A stretch of DNA of 64,000 nt, from assembly GCF_009914755.1 (NCBI RefSeq), contig NC_060935.1. One strand, 5' to 3'. Position numbers and translations under genes: made by a program. The notes under the pieces were generated by a model that did no database searches, was not told where the DNA came from, and worked only from the letters and a program-made list of their open reading frames with translations. The stretch comes from the human T2T-CHM13v2.0 reference genome, Homo sapiens. Position 1 is the stretch's first letter, and the number at the start of each line of letters is the position of its first letter. This document shows positions 14,203 to 29,514 of the stretch, in pieces.

Positions 14203-17200
14203 TGTGAACCCAGAAAATCTAAGACAGGTCTCAGTTAATTTAGAAAGTTTATTTTGCCAAGATTGAGTGCACACCCGTGAAACAGCCTTGGGAAGTCCTG
14301 ACGACACATGCCCAAGGTGGCTGGGCACAGCTTGGTTTTCTACATTTTAGGGAGATATGATACCTCAATCAATATATGTAAGAAGTACACTGGTTCAGTT
14401 TGGAAAAGTGGGACTTCTTGAAGCAAGGGCATGAATACTTGAAGTGGGGAAGAAGCTTTCAGGTCACAGATAGGTGAGACACAAATGGTTGTGTTATTTT
14501 GAGTTTCTGATTAGCCTTTCCAAAGGAGGCAATCAGATATACATCTTTCTTAGTAACTTTGAATAGAATGGGAGACAAGTTTACCCAAAGCAGTTTCCAG
14601 GTTGGGTTTTCTTTAGGGATTTGGGGGGGCCCAAGATATTTTCCTTTTATATGCCCCCCATCCTTTTTGTAAAATCTTTTGGAGAAAGCATTTAACAATA
14701 AAATGAGTCTCTGGTCTCAGGTTTCATTTAATGTCTTACGGCTAGGACAGTTTATTTCTAGATGGGTAGGTCCCAAAATCTCATTTTTAGCATGTTGTGA
14801 AGTCTCATGTCCTATGAAGAGAAAATAGGGTGAAAGGGAGAAAAAACAACAACAAACAAAAGAACAATCCTGGAAAAATAGATATAGGCCACATTATTCT
14901 AAAATCCATACATTAATAGGCAGGTATGAAAGTGGCTTATGTATGTAAACAGGTTGCTGTTATTTTTTTCTGAAGTTTAAGTTGTTTGGCTTCAGTTTGC
15001 AGGGTTTTAAGAAAGCACAGCTTAGTTTTCAGTTATTTCAAATTAGGAAAAATGAAAAAAAAAGAAGAAAAATAAATTTAAAACATTATTTTGAAGACTT
15101 GTAGCCAAGAAAAATAGAATTCAGTTCAAATTGTAGAAAATAATAAAAATTGAAAAATAACATTAGGCGAGACTAGAATCTAACAACAGGTGTACTATAG
15201 TCTTGAAATATAGTCTTTTTCTCTCTCCAGTTTCCCATTTTTACTAAAAACAAATTATGGTAGGACTGGTTTGCTTTATTATACTTGGCCTAATTATTTG
15301 TATACAGTGCAGCAAGAATAATTATTTTTTAAATAGGCTTTTAAATTGGCTTTGATGAAACTTTGTTCCATAGGAGGAGTCTCAGATAAGACTTTTTATA
15401 GCAAAACCTAGCCATGAATTTGTGCCATCAAATACCTATGAGTTGGATGAATTTCTTCTCCTCTTGAGGTTCCATGTTAAATCTGGGGCTTCTGTGTCTG
15501 TTAGAAAGTGACATTCTTTATTTACCACAGTCAGAAATCCTGTACAGGGACTGTGTACACAAAATATATGGACATTTTTTTCAAGGGCTTTATTGGCTCC
15601 AGAAGTCAAGTTTGATTTCTTAAAGGAAAGCAGTTAAAGCCTTAGTAAAATAACCAGTTTCTCCAATTGTTTCCTGTTACAAATGAAAACAGATTCTTAT
15701 TGCACTTATGCAAATAAATGTATTACCATAAGTTAAGAATACTCACAATTTCCAAATTCTGGAGAAGTGAGGTAGAGAGAAACAAACATGCTCCAAAGTT
15801 TGTTCATAGGAGTATACTAAATTGTTAAAAGCTGTCAATAGCTCAAAAGAAAAGTTTTAAGACTGAAAATCAAAGGATCAGCAAACATTTTAAGTAAAAT
15901 GTGAAAAAGATTGGTTCAGTCCATGTAGTTAATTCCTATTTTGCTTGATACTCATTAACATTTTATCTCTCTATGAGTCCTGAAAGTTTTTTCTCTATTC
16001 TGATGTCACAATCTCCAAAGTTATCAGAAACCTGCATTTAAGAGTACCTGTTGGAGTTTTATAGCTGATTATAAAACCACCTTCTAAAGAGGACCAACAC
16101 AAGGCAACAATTTTCCATGGATGAAAAAAAGGTTTAAGGCAGCCATAGTCAAAAGACACAATTGACAAGAAAATTTATTACTTCTGTGGCACACAGTATC
16201 AGAAACCCACATTTAAGAGCACCTGTTGGAGTTTTATAGCTGATTATAAAACCACCTTCTAAAGATGACCAAAACAAGACAATAATTTTCCATGGATTAA
16301 AAAAAGGTTTAAGGCAGCCATTGTCAAAAGATACAATTGACAAGAAAATTTATTACCTCTGTGGCACACAATATGATTATTATTGATAATGTATACTAAA
16401 TTATATTATAATTACAGGAGTTTCCCATAATTTTGGAACACATACCAATAACATATTTATACAAAGACAGCCCAAAGAAAACCAAACACCAATTCATATT
16501 TGGCAATGCCTTCTGTATAATTTTTATACCAAATAAGCCAAATTGTGTCATTTTTGTACTTAGGGGAACCTACTGTCTTAAAGAATTAATCAGGTCAGAA
16601 AAAGACATAATTTATAGTTCAATTTTGGAAAGTTGTCAAATGTAAGTTTAAAACACTTGAAATTACAAAATAGGATTATAGGTCATTTTAAAGTCATTTA
16701 TTTAACTAAAGTGAAAGTCAAAGACTTCAAAAAACAGTGAAAACCTTCATTTTTTGAGAAAGGAAATTTAATTTTCTAAACAAGAAGCCCCAATAAAAAC
16801 AGCATGAAGCTAATTACATTTGTTTTTCAAAATTTGTAAACAATCTATAAAATTTAATCTATATTATAAAATGTAACGTCCTTAAGCCTCTTATAACCTT
16901 TATTAAAGAGTTGGTTAATGCTTCAAGAGAGCCTTGTTAATCTGACACAGGGGTCTATATGCTGGTTTTTCATCAGTGTTCCTTTGACATTAATGATTAA
17001 TTTACGGAGAAATGAAACTTATTTTATCTTTCAAAATCAGGCATTACACTCTTACATGCCCAACTCCTCCATGATAGTCCCTGGGCCTTGAGGAGTTGAG
17101 TAGCTTTAATTTATTGCCCTGTGTCTCAGGAAGGCAGTTTATTTTGATTGGCATTTTCTACAGGGCCTGAAGATGAGGCTTTAATTGCTGTCAGTGTTTA

Positions 17201-20200
17201 AAATTTAGCAGGACTTGGTATGCTTTATAGATGCAGGAGTTAAAGCTCTGTGATTCAATGTTAGAAGGACTTTAAAAGCATATACAGGAAGATACATGGA
17301 TGTAATAATCTTAATTAAAAAATTTTATCTCAGTTTTTTTCTAAGCAAATGAAAACTTAATATGATAACTTGATCATATAAACTTTTTAAATATAGAAAT
17401 CCTCTTATTGTGACTTACACCGACTGTTCATGACATGCTTGGAATTTCTGGTTTGTCCTGAACATCCCTCTTTTTTAAACAACCACTTATTTTAGTTTAG
17501 GATTAAATTTACCACACAAGATTCTGTCTTATATAAAATTATTTCTCTTTAAGCTTTTTTACCTAAAAAAACCTTTGTTAAAAATAGCTTTTTCATATCT
17601 TTTTTTAGTCCTAGTCCCTTTTACCTTGTTTTATACATAACCTTTAAATAAGCTTTGAATTGGAAAAAAACTTGTTCACCTCTTTAAAAAACACACACAC
17701 AGTTTTGTTTATTTTTTAGCAAGAATATTTTCCTACAATATATTTTTATGGGAAGATACCCAAATAATGAAATGTCTATTATTTAATTTAATATAATTTC
17801 ATACTCTAAATTATGACCAATTTGCCTACAAATATTTATCCAATTACATTACCCCAATTATTTTAATTGTTTACCTGGATTATTTATGAAAACTGTGATA
17901 TTCATGATTTAAAGTTATAAAACTGACATTGCAAGATTATAACTGAGACAGTGAAAACGGATTTGACCTAACTGACTCCATCTGGCTTTTAACGTCCAAG
18001 CTGTCCTCATTCATTCCTGGACGTAGGCCTAACTAACTTTGGGAGGAACTTGGTTTATAGTTTAGCTTTGAAACAAAGAGGATAACAGTCTTTTCCCCAA
18101 ACAAACCTCCTTATTGACTGTGGACCAGACTGCCTAAACCCACAGGATTAGAAGTTATGGTGATCTTACTAAATTAAAGATGCAGCTATTTTCATTAAAC
18201 CCATATCAATGCCTTATTTATTAAAAATTACACAAGCAATGATTATCCTGTTTGGGGCTGGGTTCATAGTTATGTAACCTGTATGCCAAACATTGACAAC
18301 TTATAGTATTTGGCAGGGATAAGTATGAAATTTGCTTGATTAATAAATGCAAACAAAATGTATGCTGGTAATTCTTAAGACATTTCTACTATTACTTTAC
18401 CAAAAATTTTAAAGCTAGCTTATTTATTAAAGATTTTATTTAAGTTACATAAACTTGAAAAAGGATTTTAATAGTCTTTTCTTTTTTAGTATCGCATTTA
18501 AGCACTTTTGTTTTTTCTTTAAGTCAATTAATTAGAACACTTTATATATTTTTAGTAGTGAAATATTTTGTATACAATACATAAATACATATAAAGATGA
18601 ATTAGGCATGCCAACGGAAGTACATTTTATAGATTTATAAAGATCACCCCACTTTTTTTTTCTATCTTAGAATTTCAGATTCTTGGTAACCTGTTTCAAA
18701 ACCCTAGGCAGCTGTCAGAAAAATAGCCTTAAATTTGCACATTAAAGGAAACAACTCAGGTGAAAATCAAATAGTAAAATTTACAACATAAGGTACAGAG
18801 AGAAAAAGTCTGGTGATGATAGAAGGAGATGTTTTTATTTTTCTTTTAGCCAAATTAAAAATAAAATTAAACTTCATTTTTTTTCTTAAATAACCACGTA
18901 GCCTTTGTTGCAATAACTATTTTAGTTAAAAAAAAATCAGGTGAAAACAGAATTCAGTCAACTGAGAAGGAAAACAAAACAAAACAAAAAAACTTTTGCT
19001 CGAAAATAGACAAGGTCTTAGGAGAGAAAAAGAAACAAAAATAAAAACATGAAGGCCTTCAAATACAAACATGCACACATGAACACATACACACATACAT
19101 CTTGGATGTTAGCCTTTTAATTAAGCTGACTTTTAACAATTGAGCTCCTTAATTTTTTTAAAAAAATCTTATTACCATATTTCAGTTAGGACCAAATGCT
19201 GCTTTTTCAGAAGTACAGCCATTGCTCTTTCAGTTTGGTCTGGCTGGCAAAAAGGTGACCTTATAATGTAAATAAAGCCCCTTTAGTAGTTAAAATTCAA
19301 AATCTTTTTTTTTTCTCTTTTGCTAGCCATTTTCCTCCCACATCAGAGGTCTTGTTCCTCATAATTTAGAGTTCTCCTTTCAATTTGTCCAAGAAAAATA
19401 CAAAGAACAAAAAAGTTAAGCAAAACTAACAATGATCACCCAAATTACATGATTTCTGAGCACCGTAAGTGTAAGCAGAAATTAACACCAGGTAGTTGTT
19501 AAATGCTAACTTTAGTTGTGTAAAAAGTAAAGTAGAGGTTCCTCTTCAAAGAGACCTTCCTCCCCATCTAATTAGGAATAAATAAACTTAATAATTTGAC
19601 CAAATTTGGGGAGATCAGGGATTCTCTGGAGGGGATGCTCACAGACCTCAGCAAATTGTCCTATTAGTTTGAGCCATAAAGTCAGCCATACTGGTACCAA
19701 GCACCGATAGGAGATTTGTCAAAGGTCAGGGGCATCTCCACTCAGAATGCTCCCATGGTTACCAAAATCTAAACCCCAAAAATCAGAGACAGGTCTCAGT
19801 TAATTTAGAAAGTTCACTTTGCCAAGGTTGAGGATGTGCCACTGACACAGCCTCAGGAAGTTCTGATGCCATGTGCCCAAGGTGGTCAGGGCACACTTGG
19901 TTTTATATATTTTAGGGAGATATGAGGCCTCGATCAATATATGTAAGAAGTACTTTGGTTCGGTTTGGAAAGGTGGGACATATTGAAGAAGGGACATTTT
20001 GAAGCAATGGCAGGAAGACTTGAAGCAGGGAGAAAGCTTTCAGGTCACAGATATGTGAGACAAACAATTCATTCTTTTGAGTTTCTGATTAGCCTTTCCA
20101 AAGAGGCAATCAGATATGCATCTATCTTAGCAACTTTGAATAAATAGAATGGGAGGCAAGTTTGCCCTAAGCAGTTTCCAGCTTGAGTTTTCTTTAGTGA

Positions 20201-20231
20201 TTTTGGGGGCCCAAGATATTTTCCTTTCACA
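14203..20231 (-). mobile_element. MER4-group ERV1 provirus with both MER4A-like LTRs (14203-14651, 19769-20231) and a non-coding internal region, in GLYAT intron 2
   Basis: Two direct ~450 bp LTRs; 4-bp TSD ctag (14199-14202, 20232-20235); polypurine tract next to the left LTR; PBS-like tggtaacca next to the right LTR on the - strand. Confidence 0.88.
17918..18170 (+). mobile_element. LTR8-like segment within the MER4 internal region
   Basis: ttgcaagattataactgagacagtgaaa...actgactccatc...tttgggaggaactt. Confidence 0.65.
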
Positions 20232-21916
20232 CTAGTGAACAGAACATAGTGAGGCAGCTGTTATCAGTTGAATCAGTTGTAGTGGACATCTTTATGCATT
20301 TTATATCTAACACTCAGAAGAATGGATGGACATTTTCTTAACTAGGCCTCAAGTAATTGTTGAGTAACAGTGAATTCTAGGTTAGACACCTCCATTAAAA
20401 GCAACTGGCATAAAAAATTTTAGAGTTCCATTAGGGGAAAATGTATGTCTTTTAGTATACAACAAAAGAGGAGGAATGCTATTTCCTCATGAAAGGGAGG
20501 AGTCATGAGGGCCTCCTTATCTCACCATAGAGGGGTCCCAAGAAGGAATCCTTGGGAAACACCTAGAGTTTTCTCAAAATGTTTAGGATCCACTTAACAC
20601 AAGGAATAAGGAGAAATTTGAAGCACAAAATTCTACATCACAGAGTGTTGAACAAAATGTTTAGCCTAGAGAATTTTTAAGAGTAGCCACTAATCATAAA
20701 AATACCTCAACTAATTATACATACAGTGTCTAACTAATATGCCTTCCAAAAAAAATGTTCTGTCTCTCTGGGAGGTTATTTATATCTTAAGGATTGTCAT
20801 GTGAAGCCACTTAAATATTAGGCAATTTTGATTAATGTTAGTAGGAGCTTCAAGGTGGGTAACTTTAGATTTGGATTAGTTTACTTGAAGCTATACTGTG
20901 TTGTTAATAAATAAAGAATAAAGCTTGTTGTCTCAATGCATCTCTGATGAATGAAAATAAAACTATATAATCACAAATAAAAGAATGCTAATATTTTCTC
21001 CTTTATACTGAAAGAAGGGAATAACAAATCATTTAGGGAATGGGTAATTTGAATGTATTTACCTGAAATGTATGCACTATATAGGAATGTCTTCTAAAAC
21101 AATACAAATGTAAAAATAATTGTCCACTAAAGAGATACACACACACATATACATGAACAATTGTACTTGGGTTCCATTGGAGTGAGCCATATCCATTTGG
21201 TTGCTAAATATATACATACAGACAAGAATCTGACTCTATCATTGGAACTGCTCTTGCATAGTTCTGGATGTAGGCATTTATATATATCCATTTATATATA
21301 TATATTTATATTTGTTTTATTTAATTCTTAGACCTCTAATTATTAATACCAGGTTAAGAGAGATACTGGGAGCTAGCCCTAAAGTAACTCGACCTGCCTT
21401 CAATTCAGAGCAATTGGGAAATTTACACTAAAATAGAAATTGATCTGTTATTAATTTCAAAGAAGACTCATTCTAGTTAACCTCTCACTGGCAAGTGTCC
21501 TTTTGTAATAAACAAGTTAAACATTAATATGCAGCCTCAGCCAACTTTGTAGAACTCTGGGCAAATTTCAAATGTTATTATAAAATGCTTCTTGGAAAGG
21601 AGCAAGGAAGTAATTTTTTGAGTTAGCACAGAGCAAAAGGCAGTGTTTAGACTAAGGCATAACTATGTTCATATCATAGCATTGCAACTCAGTATTTGTG
21701 ATATATTGAGAAAATCAGTTAACTGAGTCTTCATTTTCTTAACAGCAACATGGACATGACAGTAAACATCTTGTAGAGAGGTAAGGCATACTAAATGAGA
21801 GAAAACATGAAATAGTGCCTGGCTCAAAATAGGTGCATCATAAATATCAGTCCCTTTCCCTCCTCTTTCACATCAAGTTTGTCTTCTTTACTCCTCTCAG
21901 AATTTTCCATTATCAC

Positions 21917-21997
21917 CTTTAAGGATGCTGGGAGGCTCTTCCTCAAGGATTTCTCCAGCATCTGCAGCATCTGGGCACCTTGCAATGGTAACATCAT
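21917..21997 (-). CDS. GLYAT: GLYAT exon 2 coding part (aa 1-27, MMLPLQGAQMLQMLEKSLRKSLPASLK); exon starts at 22012 with 15 nt of 5'UTR
   Basis: Reverse strand reads ctttctag|gctaaggtatcctcc ATG ATG TTA CCA...TTA AAG|gtgata; matches the known human GLYAT N-terminus; 81 nt. Confidence 0.97.
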
Positions 21998-22299
21998 GGA
22001 GGATACCTTAGCCTAGAAAGACAACCAAGGAACATACAGGATTGAGAAAAGCTAGAGGAGATTCTGAAACAAGAGTAGCAAGTTCTTTATTAATGACCAG
22101 GTTTTTTTTTTTAGTGCCTTTCAACTGCAGTCCTCAGCAAATCCAAGAGAAAATGAGACTCGTAGAAAACACAAGGAGCTTTCTCTGAGTTTTTTAGCTC
22201 TTTTTTCTTACCCTTTGATGAATTCCAGCCATTAATTTCATTTTAGATTTAAAAAGTACATTTTTAAATACACATAATATCTTTTGAATTTTAGTTGCT

Positions 22300-22505
22300 A
22301 TTAGTGATTCTCCTGACTCCTCTGAGAACGAGCTGTGTAACCTTGGGAAAGTTATTTAGTCTCTCTGTACCTTGGTTTCCTCAAAGGTAGTTGGGATAAT
22401 AGCACTATATCACTCAGAATTTTTGTAAGGATTAAAGGAATGAATACCTGCAATGTGCTTAGTAGATTGTAGGTCTTATATTAAGCACTGAACATTTGTT
22501 ATTTA
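22300..22505 (+). mobile_element. MIR
   Basis: agctgtgtaaccttgggaaagttatttagtctctctgtaccttggtttcctc core. Confidence 0.75.
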
Positions 22506-23037
22506 TTTGATTACTACCACCACTCCTCTTTTCCTCCTCTTCCTTTTCTTCTTTCCCCCACTTGAGCCAAAGTCCTATATATTGCATGATGTTTTGATAT
22601 AGGCATTTTAATAAAGGGCATTCTGACATGGTCTAAATATAAACAATTAATCTTTCAAAAATTATTACTGCATCATATTCAAAACTTGTACTCTCACCAA
22701 GCCTCACACTTTGAGGCTAATTCCATCTTTAAGCCTTATACTAGGATCTGTGGTACATTTTGTAGAAATTACTAAGTAATACAAAAATAGCATTTTTACA
22801 TATTTGACTAGCTGCATCAAATTGGGATTACCTAAACACTTCATAACATCACAACTACCTGAAAAATGAAGAAAGATGTTGTGTCACTGTGTTCTATTTT
22901 GGAACTGTGATGTTTGGAAGAGAGCAAAGTAACTTCTAAGTGAAGGTAGGGCTATGAGAGAGTGTTGCATTAAAACTGGTCTGATGCAAGATTCCATAAC
23001 TAGGTAACCTTGTGATTTTAGAACATCAGTGAAAAGC

Positions 23038-25130
23038 CTTTACTGGTGGTGCATCTGTACAGGTCTGTAGCATCCTCAATTCTTGCCTCCTCAACAGAAA
23101 GAATTTGACTGAGGGGCAGAAGGCAGAAGGAGAGACCAAGGCAAGTTTTGGGGTAGCAGTAAATGTTTGTTAAAAACATCAGAGCAGGAGGGAAAAGAAG
23201 TAAAGTGCATTTGGAAGGGGGCCAAGTGGGTGACCTGAAAGATCAAGTGTGCAGTTGGACCTTTTGACTAAGTTTTATATGTAGGCATAATTTTGGGGTC
23301 TTGTGTCCATTCTCCCCTGATTCTTCCCATGGGGGTGGGCTGTCCACATGTTCAGCAGCCTGCTAGCATGTGGGAGGTGAGCATGTGTAGTGTGAGCATA
23401 GAGTTGTATGCATGCTAATTTAAGGCATTCTCCCTTACCAGTCAAACGTCCCTAGAAGTTCATATCATAATTAAACTCTGTCATTTTGCCTCTGAATGCA
23501 CATGCTTAAGCCTGCTTGCCCAACTCCTGAGGTCTTGTCAGGAAGCTGCTGATCACCATTTTCAGGTTTGGTTTTTTTTTGTATTCGGAGACTGAACCTG
23601 GCTGGCACTGGCTGTGACCAATTATTATTTTAGAGAGACAGTTAACAACCACTGGACCATCACCTGATGGTTGCCTGACATATCTGGGTGTGGGGTGTGG
23701 GGCATGGAGCCTTCTCCTGCCCTACTCATGCCTGACTATCTACCTTGTGTAACATTTCCCCCACCATGAGTTCAAGACCCCAATTATTTGGGGAATATAG
23801 ACAAAGGTCAGTCTTCTATAACTGCTTCCTGCTGACAGAGGGGTAGTAGTGGTTGTTCTGTGGATCTGGCCTCTTGCTAGCTGTCAGGGCAGTAGTAGCC
23901 AGCCAGGTTCAAGGGGGACAGGGGGAGGATTTCAATTCTGTCATGTCTCACTGATGGGCAGCCTAGGGGTCCCCTGTAGAAGGGTGACTCTTGAGTATTG
24001 AGAAGACAATATACCTGCCTCTGGTCCCTGCATTTCTACTTTTTCTTAGCCCTGTCCTCCTTATTCTGTTCTTCATTATAAAAGACTGAGAAGGCTAATT
24101 TGAGAATTTCCTGCATAAGGGTACTGGGTTCCAAGATTGACTTTTGTAATTTTCTCTCATTCCATTCTTAGGCCAAGTATTACAAAGAAAATAACTGCCA
24201 TAAGGGGGCTGGACTTCCCTCCCTTTAAATATGACCTTGAAGGTCTTGCAGCATATTGAAAAGGGAGTAGGAGTGATTAGAGAAATGGAGACTACAGGAG
24301 GAAGTAGGAGGAAGCGAGAAAAACCTCATGAAAAGCCTTCATATGCTTACAAAAACAGCAATGCTTGGATTTGAGAGAGCAATGTTTATTTGCCCTCGAC
24401 ATAAAGGAGGAACCTCTGGAGGCCTTGGGACTTAGGGCAAGAACTTGCTAATGGTAAAGGAAGAATTTCCCCTCCCCTTAAGAAGTGCTGACTCAAAAAA
24501 AAAAGAAAAAAGCAAGTAGGTGAGATCCTTAAAGTGTCATAGCCCTATGCAGGAGGACAAACTGTTTCAAAAACCCCAGAAAAACTTGGCCCTAGGTTGT
24601 GACAGGAACAAAAAGCATATGTTAAATCATAAAGCACTGGCAGAGCTGGGGTTTCAATTAGTGTCTTTTTTGGCAATGTACCAACAGATAGGGACAGGAT
24701 TGGAGGTCATCCAAGCTTGTAGGATAAAAACACCTATAAATTTTGGGGGATGTCTGCAAGGGAGCTCTTATCTTTGCTGCTGCACAAATGCAATAAGAGC
24801 CATGGGTGCATGAATAACAGGAAGTGTGTGTTTAAGAAGTCACATGGCATGTGAAGTAAAAGAAGAGGCAGACTTGTCTTCAAGCCAGACAGTTTGGTAG
24901 GTGTGCAAGACAATTTCAGATCACACAGAGAAAACAGGAGATACAGGGTGCAGCTTCTTGTGAAAGAGCCATTTTTAGTTGAAAAAGCAGAGGAAATCCC
25001 AGGCATTGCAGTTTTAGGCTTTAGCCCTATCACTCTCACAAACCTCCTGTTCAGGAGGGCCATTAGTTCATTACGTCTGCTTAGTGCAGACCCGAAGGTC
25101 CTTCCCACTCCCACAAGCCACCTATCAGGT
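23038..25130 (-). mobile_element. MER50 LTR (23038-23754) plus adjacent internal region
   Basis: Reverse complement of a MER50-type LTR; PPT ggtgggggaaa abuts the LTR. Confidence 0.8.
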
Positions 25131-25132
25131 AG

Positions 25133-26002
<870 letters not shown>

Positions 26003-26294
26003 TTGCTTCCAGCCAAGATAGGATAACAGAACTTGAATTTACCTTTCCACCTAAAACAATAACAATTTTCATATGTTGAACATCAGGATATGCAGAAAGA
26101 ACTATGATCTCTGAGAAAAGGAAAACAGAAAAGGTGAGTCCTAGAATTGCACCAGCTTACTTACTGATGGAAGTTTTCAGGTTGAAGTTCAGGGATATGG
26201 AATCTAACCAGAGCACAAGGACTGTCACTGATTGAGCTTACGGAGGTTTTGGAGCTTAAGGAGGCCAAGGTGGAGCTTCGTTGAGAGAGTAAAC

Positions 26295-26351
26295 AGAGAG
26301 ATGAGAGAGAGAGAGAGAGAAAGAAAAAGAAAAAGAAAAAAAGGAAAGAAA

Positions 26352-26396
<45 letters not shown>

Positions 26397-26503
26397 AGGA
26401 AGGAAGGAAGGAAGGAAGGAAGGAAGGAAGGAAGGAAGGAAGGAAGGAAGGAAGGAGAGAATAAAAGAAAAGAAAGGAAGGAAGGAAGAAAGGAAGGAAG
26501 GAA
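26295..26503. repeat. (GA)n/(GAAA)n/(GGAA)n purine-rich microsatellite
   Basis: Direct reading. Confidence 0.97.
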
Positions 26504-27682
26504 GTTCCTAGAGTCTGGCTAATTACTGATCTGAGCATATATAAAAAGAAACTACCTTAATACCTTAGCCCATGGATTCTACCTCTACCATCTGAGTCTA
26601 GTCTACCCTTCTAGCCTCTTCTGTTGCTACCATCCACCATGTAAGACCACAGTGGATTTCTTCAACACAGTGTCTGCTTAGCACCTCTGGTCTTTCTACA
26701 TTTATTCTCAGTTTGAAATTTCCTACTTCAGTTCTGCCTTCTAAATTAGGCTTCCACTTACCCCTTCAAGTTTACCCGAATAGCCTGTTATCCCTAGTGC
26801 TCTTTTCACTGTCTCTTACGTCCGTCTGAATAAGTCACTCCCTTTTCTGTGCTCTCATAAGTGTTTATGCATATTTTAATTATATAACTTGTTATGTTGG
26901 GTTAAAGTTTTCTTCTTTCAATTGATAAATATCGTATATATTTATGCTGTTCAACATGATGTTTTAAAGTTGAATTTCGTTTTCTTTTCTAGATGTTGAA
27001 TTCTTCTGAGGCAGGATGCTCATATTACTTATTCTTTTATCAGTAATTCTTATCACAGTATTTGGCACAGAGTAGGCCCTCAATACATAAGTAACGAATG
27101 ATTGAATACATGAAATGCTTGTATTAATTGTCTGTCTAATCACTCCACTTTCCAAAAGTATAGAGACATTAATATATTCATTCAATAAACACATATGTAT
27201 TAAATGCATAATATATTCTGGACATGAGAAAAGTTTCCAGCTATTTTGTACTACATTATATCTTGAAGAAAACTCCAGACCATATCTCATATCTAAGGGT
27301 CTTAGGATGATAAAAGTATAACATTCCTAAAGGCTAATCTTGTCTTTTCTCTAGATGCAACTCAGAAGGAAGTAACAAAGTAGAGTTAAAGTAGAGCTTA
27401 ATGTCAAGTCTGTGGGGTGTGATATTACTATATTTTCTGAAGAGTAGAGTTTGGAACCACCCTCTAAGGATGTACTTACAAACTAACAAAGAGGTATGGC
27501 TCTCATGCTTGGTTGGGGTAAACTGAAAGCTACTGACACTGAGGTTCTTCCAAGAAATCTGACACAATAATGGTAGCTGGCAGCACTGGGCAATGAGTAG
27601 CATTCCCGGGCATAAACTTCAGAATCTTTGATCCTGGTCCAGTTATTACAGAAATGGAAATTAATCTAAAGAAAACAATTTA

Positions 27683-28291
<609 letters not shown>

Positions 28292-29067
28292 AACTCTAAA
28301 CAGAATTTTATAAAGTCACATGAACATAAGCAAGTCTGAACAAAATCTCTATGTGCCTCAATAGGGGAAGATAACATAAAATATGTTCCAACAGAGTGAT
28401 GCAACCCTAAGGCATTAACATAATGCCTACAGACATAATATATAATATGTATAGACACATGGGAGAGTGTTCAAATAAAATGAGAAAATATAGGACACAA
28501 AACAGTTCACATACAACACATAAAGTTCAAATTTAAGAGAGAACAAAGGCAAACAGGAATAAATAAGTAAATGGTGGTAGTACTGTTGTAGATTAAATCT
28601 TTAGAGTAAAATTTGTTTTCTGTATAATTTAAATAAACAATAAATCTTGTCTGTATTCTTGTCTTATTGATCTACTTATTTCCTCTCTCACTTTCAGTGC
28701 AACAAACTTCTTAGTAGTAGTGTAAGGAAAAAACTGCCTCCCTTATAATGTGACCAGGATTAAAAATAGTAATTTTTCTGGTGTCTCCACACACTCAGTA
28801 TTCTATTCATCCACCTGCTTCCAAGAAGCTCTCAGATCTTTCTTTATTCATTTATTAGTCCAGAGCACAAACTTCTAAGGATTTTCATGGTAGCTAGCAA
28901 ACTGCCATTGACAAAATAGTTGTCAGATATGTGTTTCTTAAGTGGAAGTTACTCCTTTTCCTTGAGCATAGTTGTCTGCATATTCTGAGCATAACACAAT
29001 ACGGGCACTTTAATTTGACTCACTTAAGTGGAAGAGGTGTCACAAAGCAATAATTACATTAAAAAAA

Positions 29068-29330
29068 TAAATTTTATTGTGGATATTTAAAGTATACAAT
29101 ATGATGTTATGAGAGCATACAGATAGTGAAAACATTACCATTATGAAGCAAATTAATATATCTATTACTTCACATAGTTACTTATTTTTTGTCGTTGTTT
29201 TTATGTAAAGAGCAGCTAAACTCCACTCATGTAGCATGGATCCCATATACAATGCAATTCTATTAACTATAGTTCTCATGTTGTACATTAGATCTCTAGA
29301 CTTGTTCATCCTATGTATCTGATACTTTGT
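29068..29330 (-). mobile_element. L1MA9/10-like 3' end just inside intron 1
   Basis: atatttaaagtatacaatatgatg...cacatagttac...tacattagatctctagacttgttcatcct. Confidence 0.75.
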
Positions 29331-29343
29331 AATGAGTCCTCAC

Positions 29344-29480
29344 CTGAAAAGCTAGTCTCTGCAGATGTTTCCGGGAAGAAACGATGAGCAACACCCTTCT
29401 GGGAGATGAAATTTCTCCCTGATGCAGCCAGTTCAGCAGAGTCTCGCAGAGTAAATTTTGATACACCACCTCCAGAAATT
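29344..29480 (-). other. GLYAT: GLYAT non-coding exon 1 (5'UTR); TSS approximate
   Basis: Strong donor ttttcag|gtgagg at 29344/29343; unique sequence; ~23 kb gene span and 5'UTR agree with my recollection of the mRNA. Confidence 0.75.
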
Positions 29481-29501
29481 TCTGAGCTTTGGCTTGTAAT
29501 G

Positions 29502-29514
29502 TGGACCTTGTACT
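29502..29514 (-). promoter_or_regulatory. DR1/HNF4-like nuclear receptor element in the proximal GLYAT promoter (AGTACA-A-GGTCCA)
   Basis: Resembles the HNF4A motif (CAAAGTCCA core) and lies just upstream of exon 1 of a liver/kidney gene; motif evidence only. Confidence 0.5.

Noticed and set aside
26161-26538. ORFs of 125 and 96 aa (FLPS/RKEG repeats)
   Set aside because: Translation of the GGAA/GAAA microsatellite
28810-28830. Possible alternative exon donor (cag|gtggat, - strand)
   Set aside because: Weak donor with no other support from sequence alone
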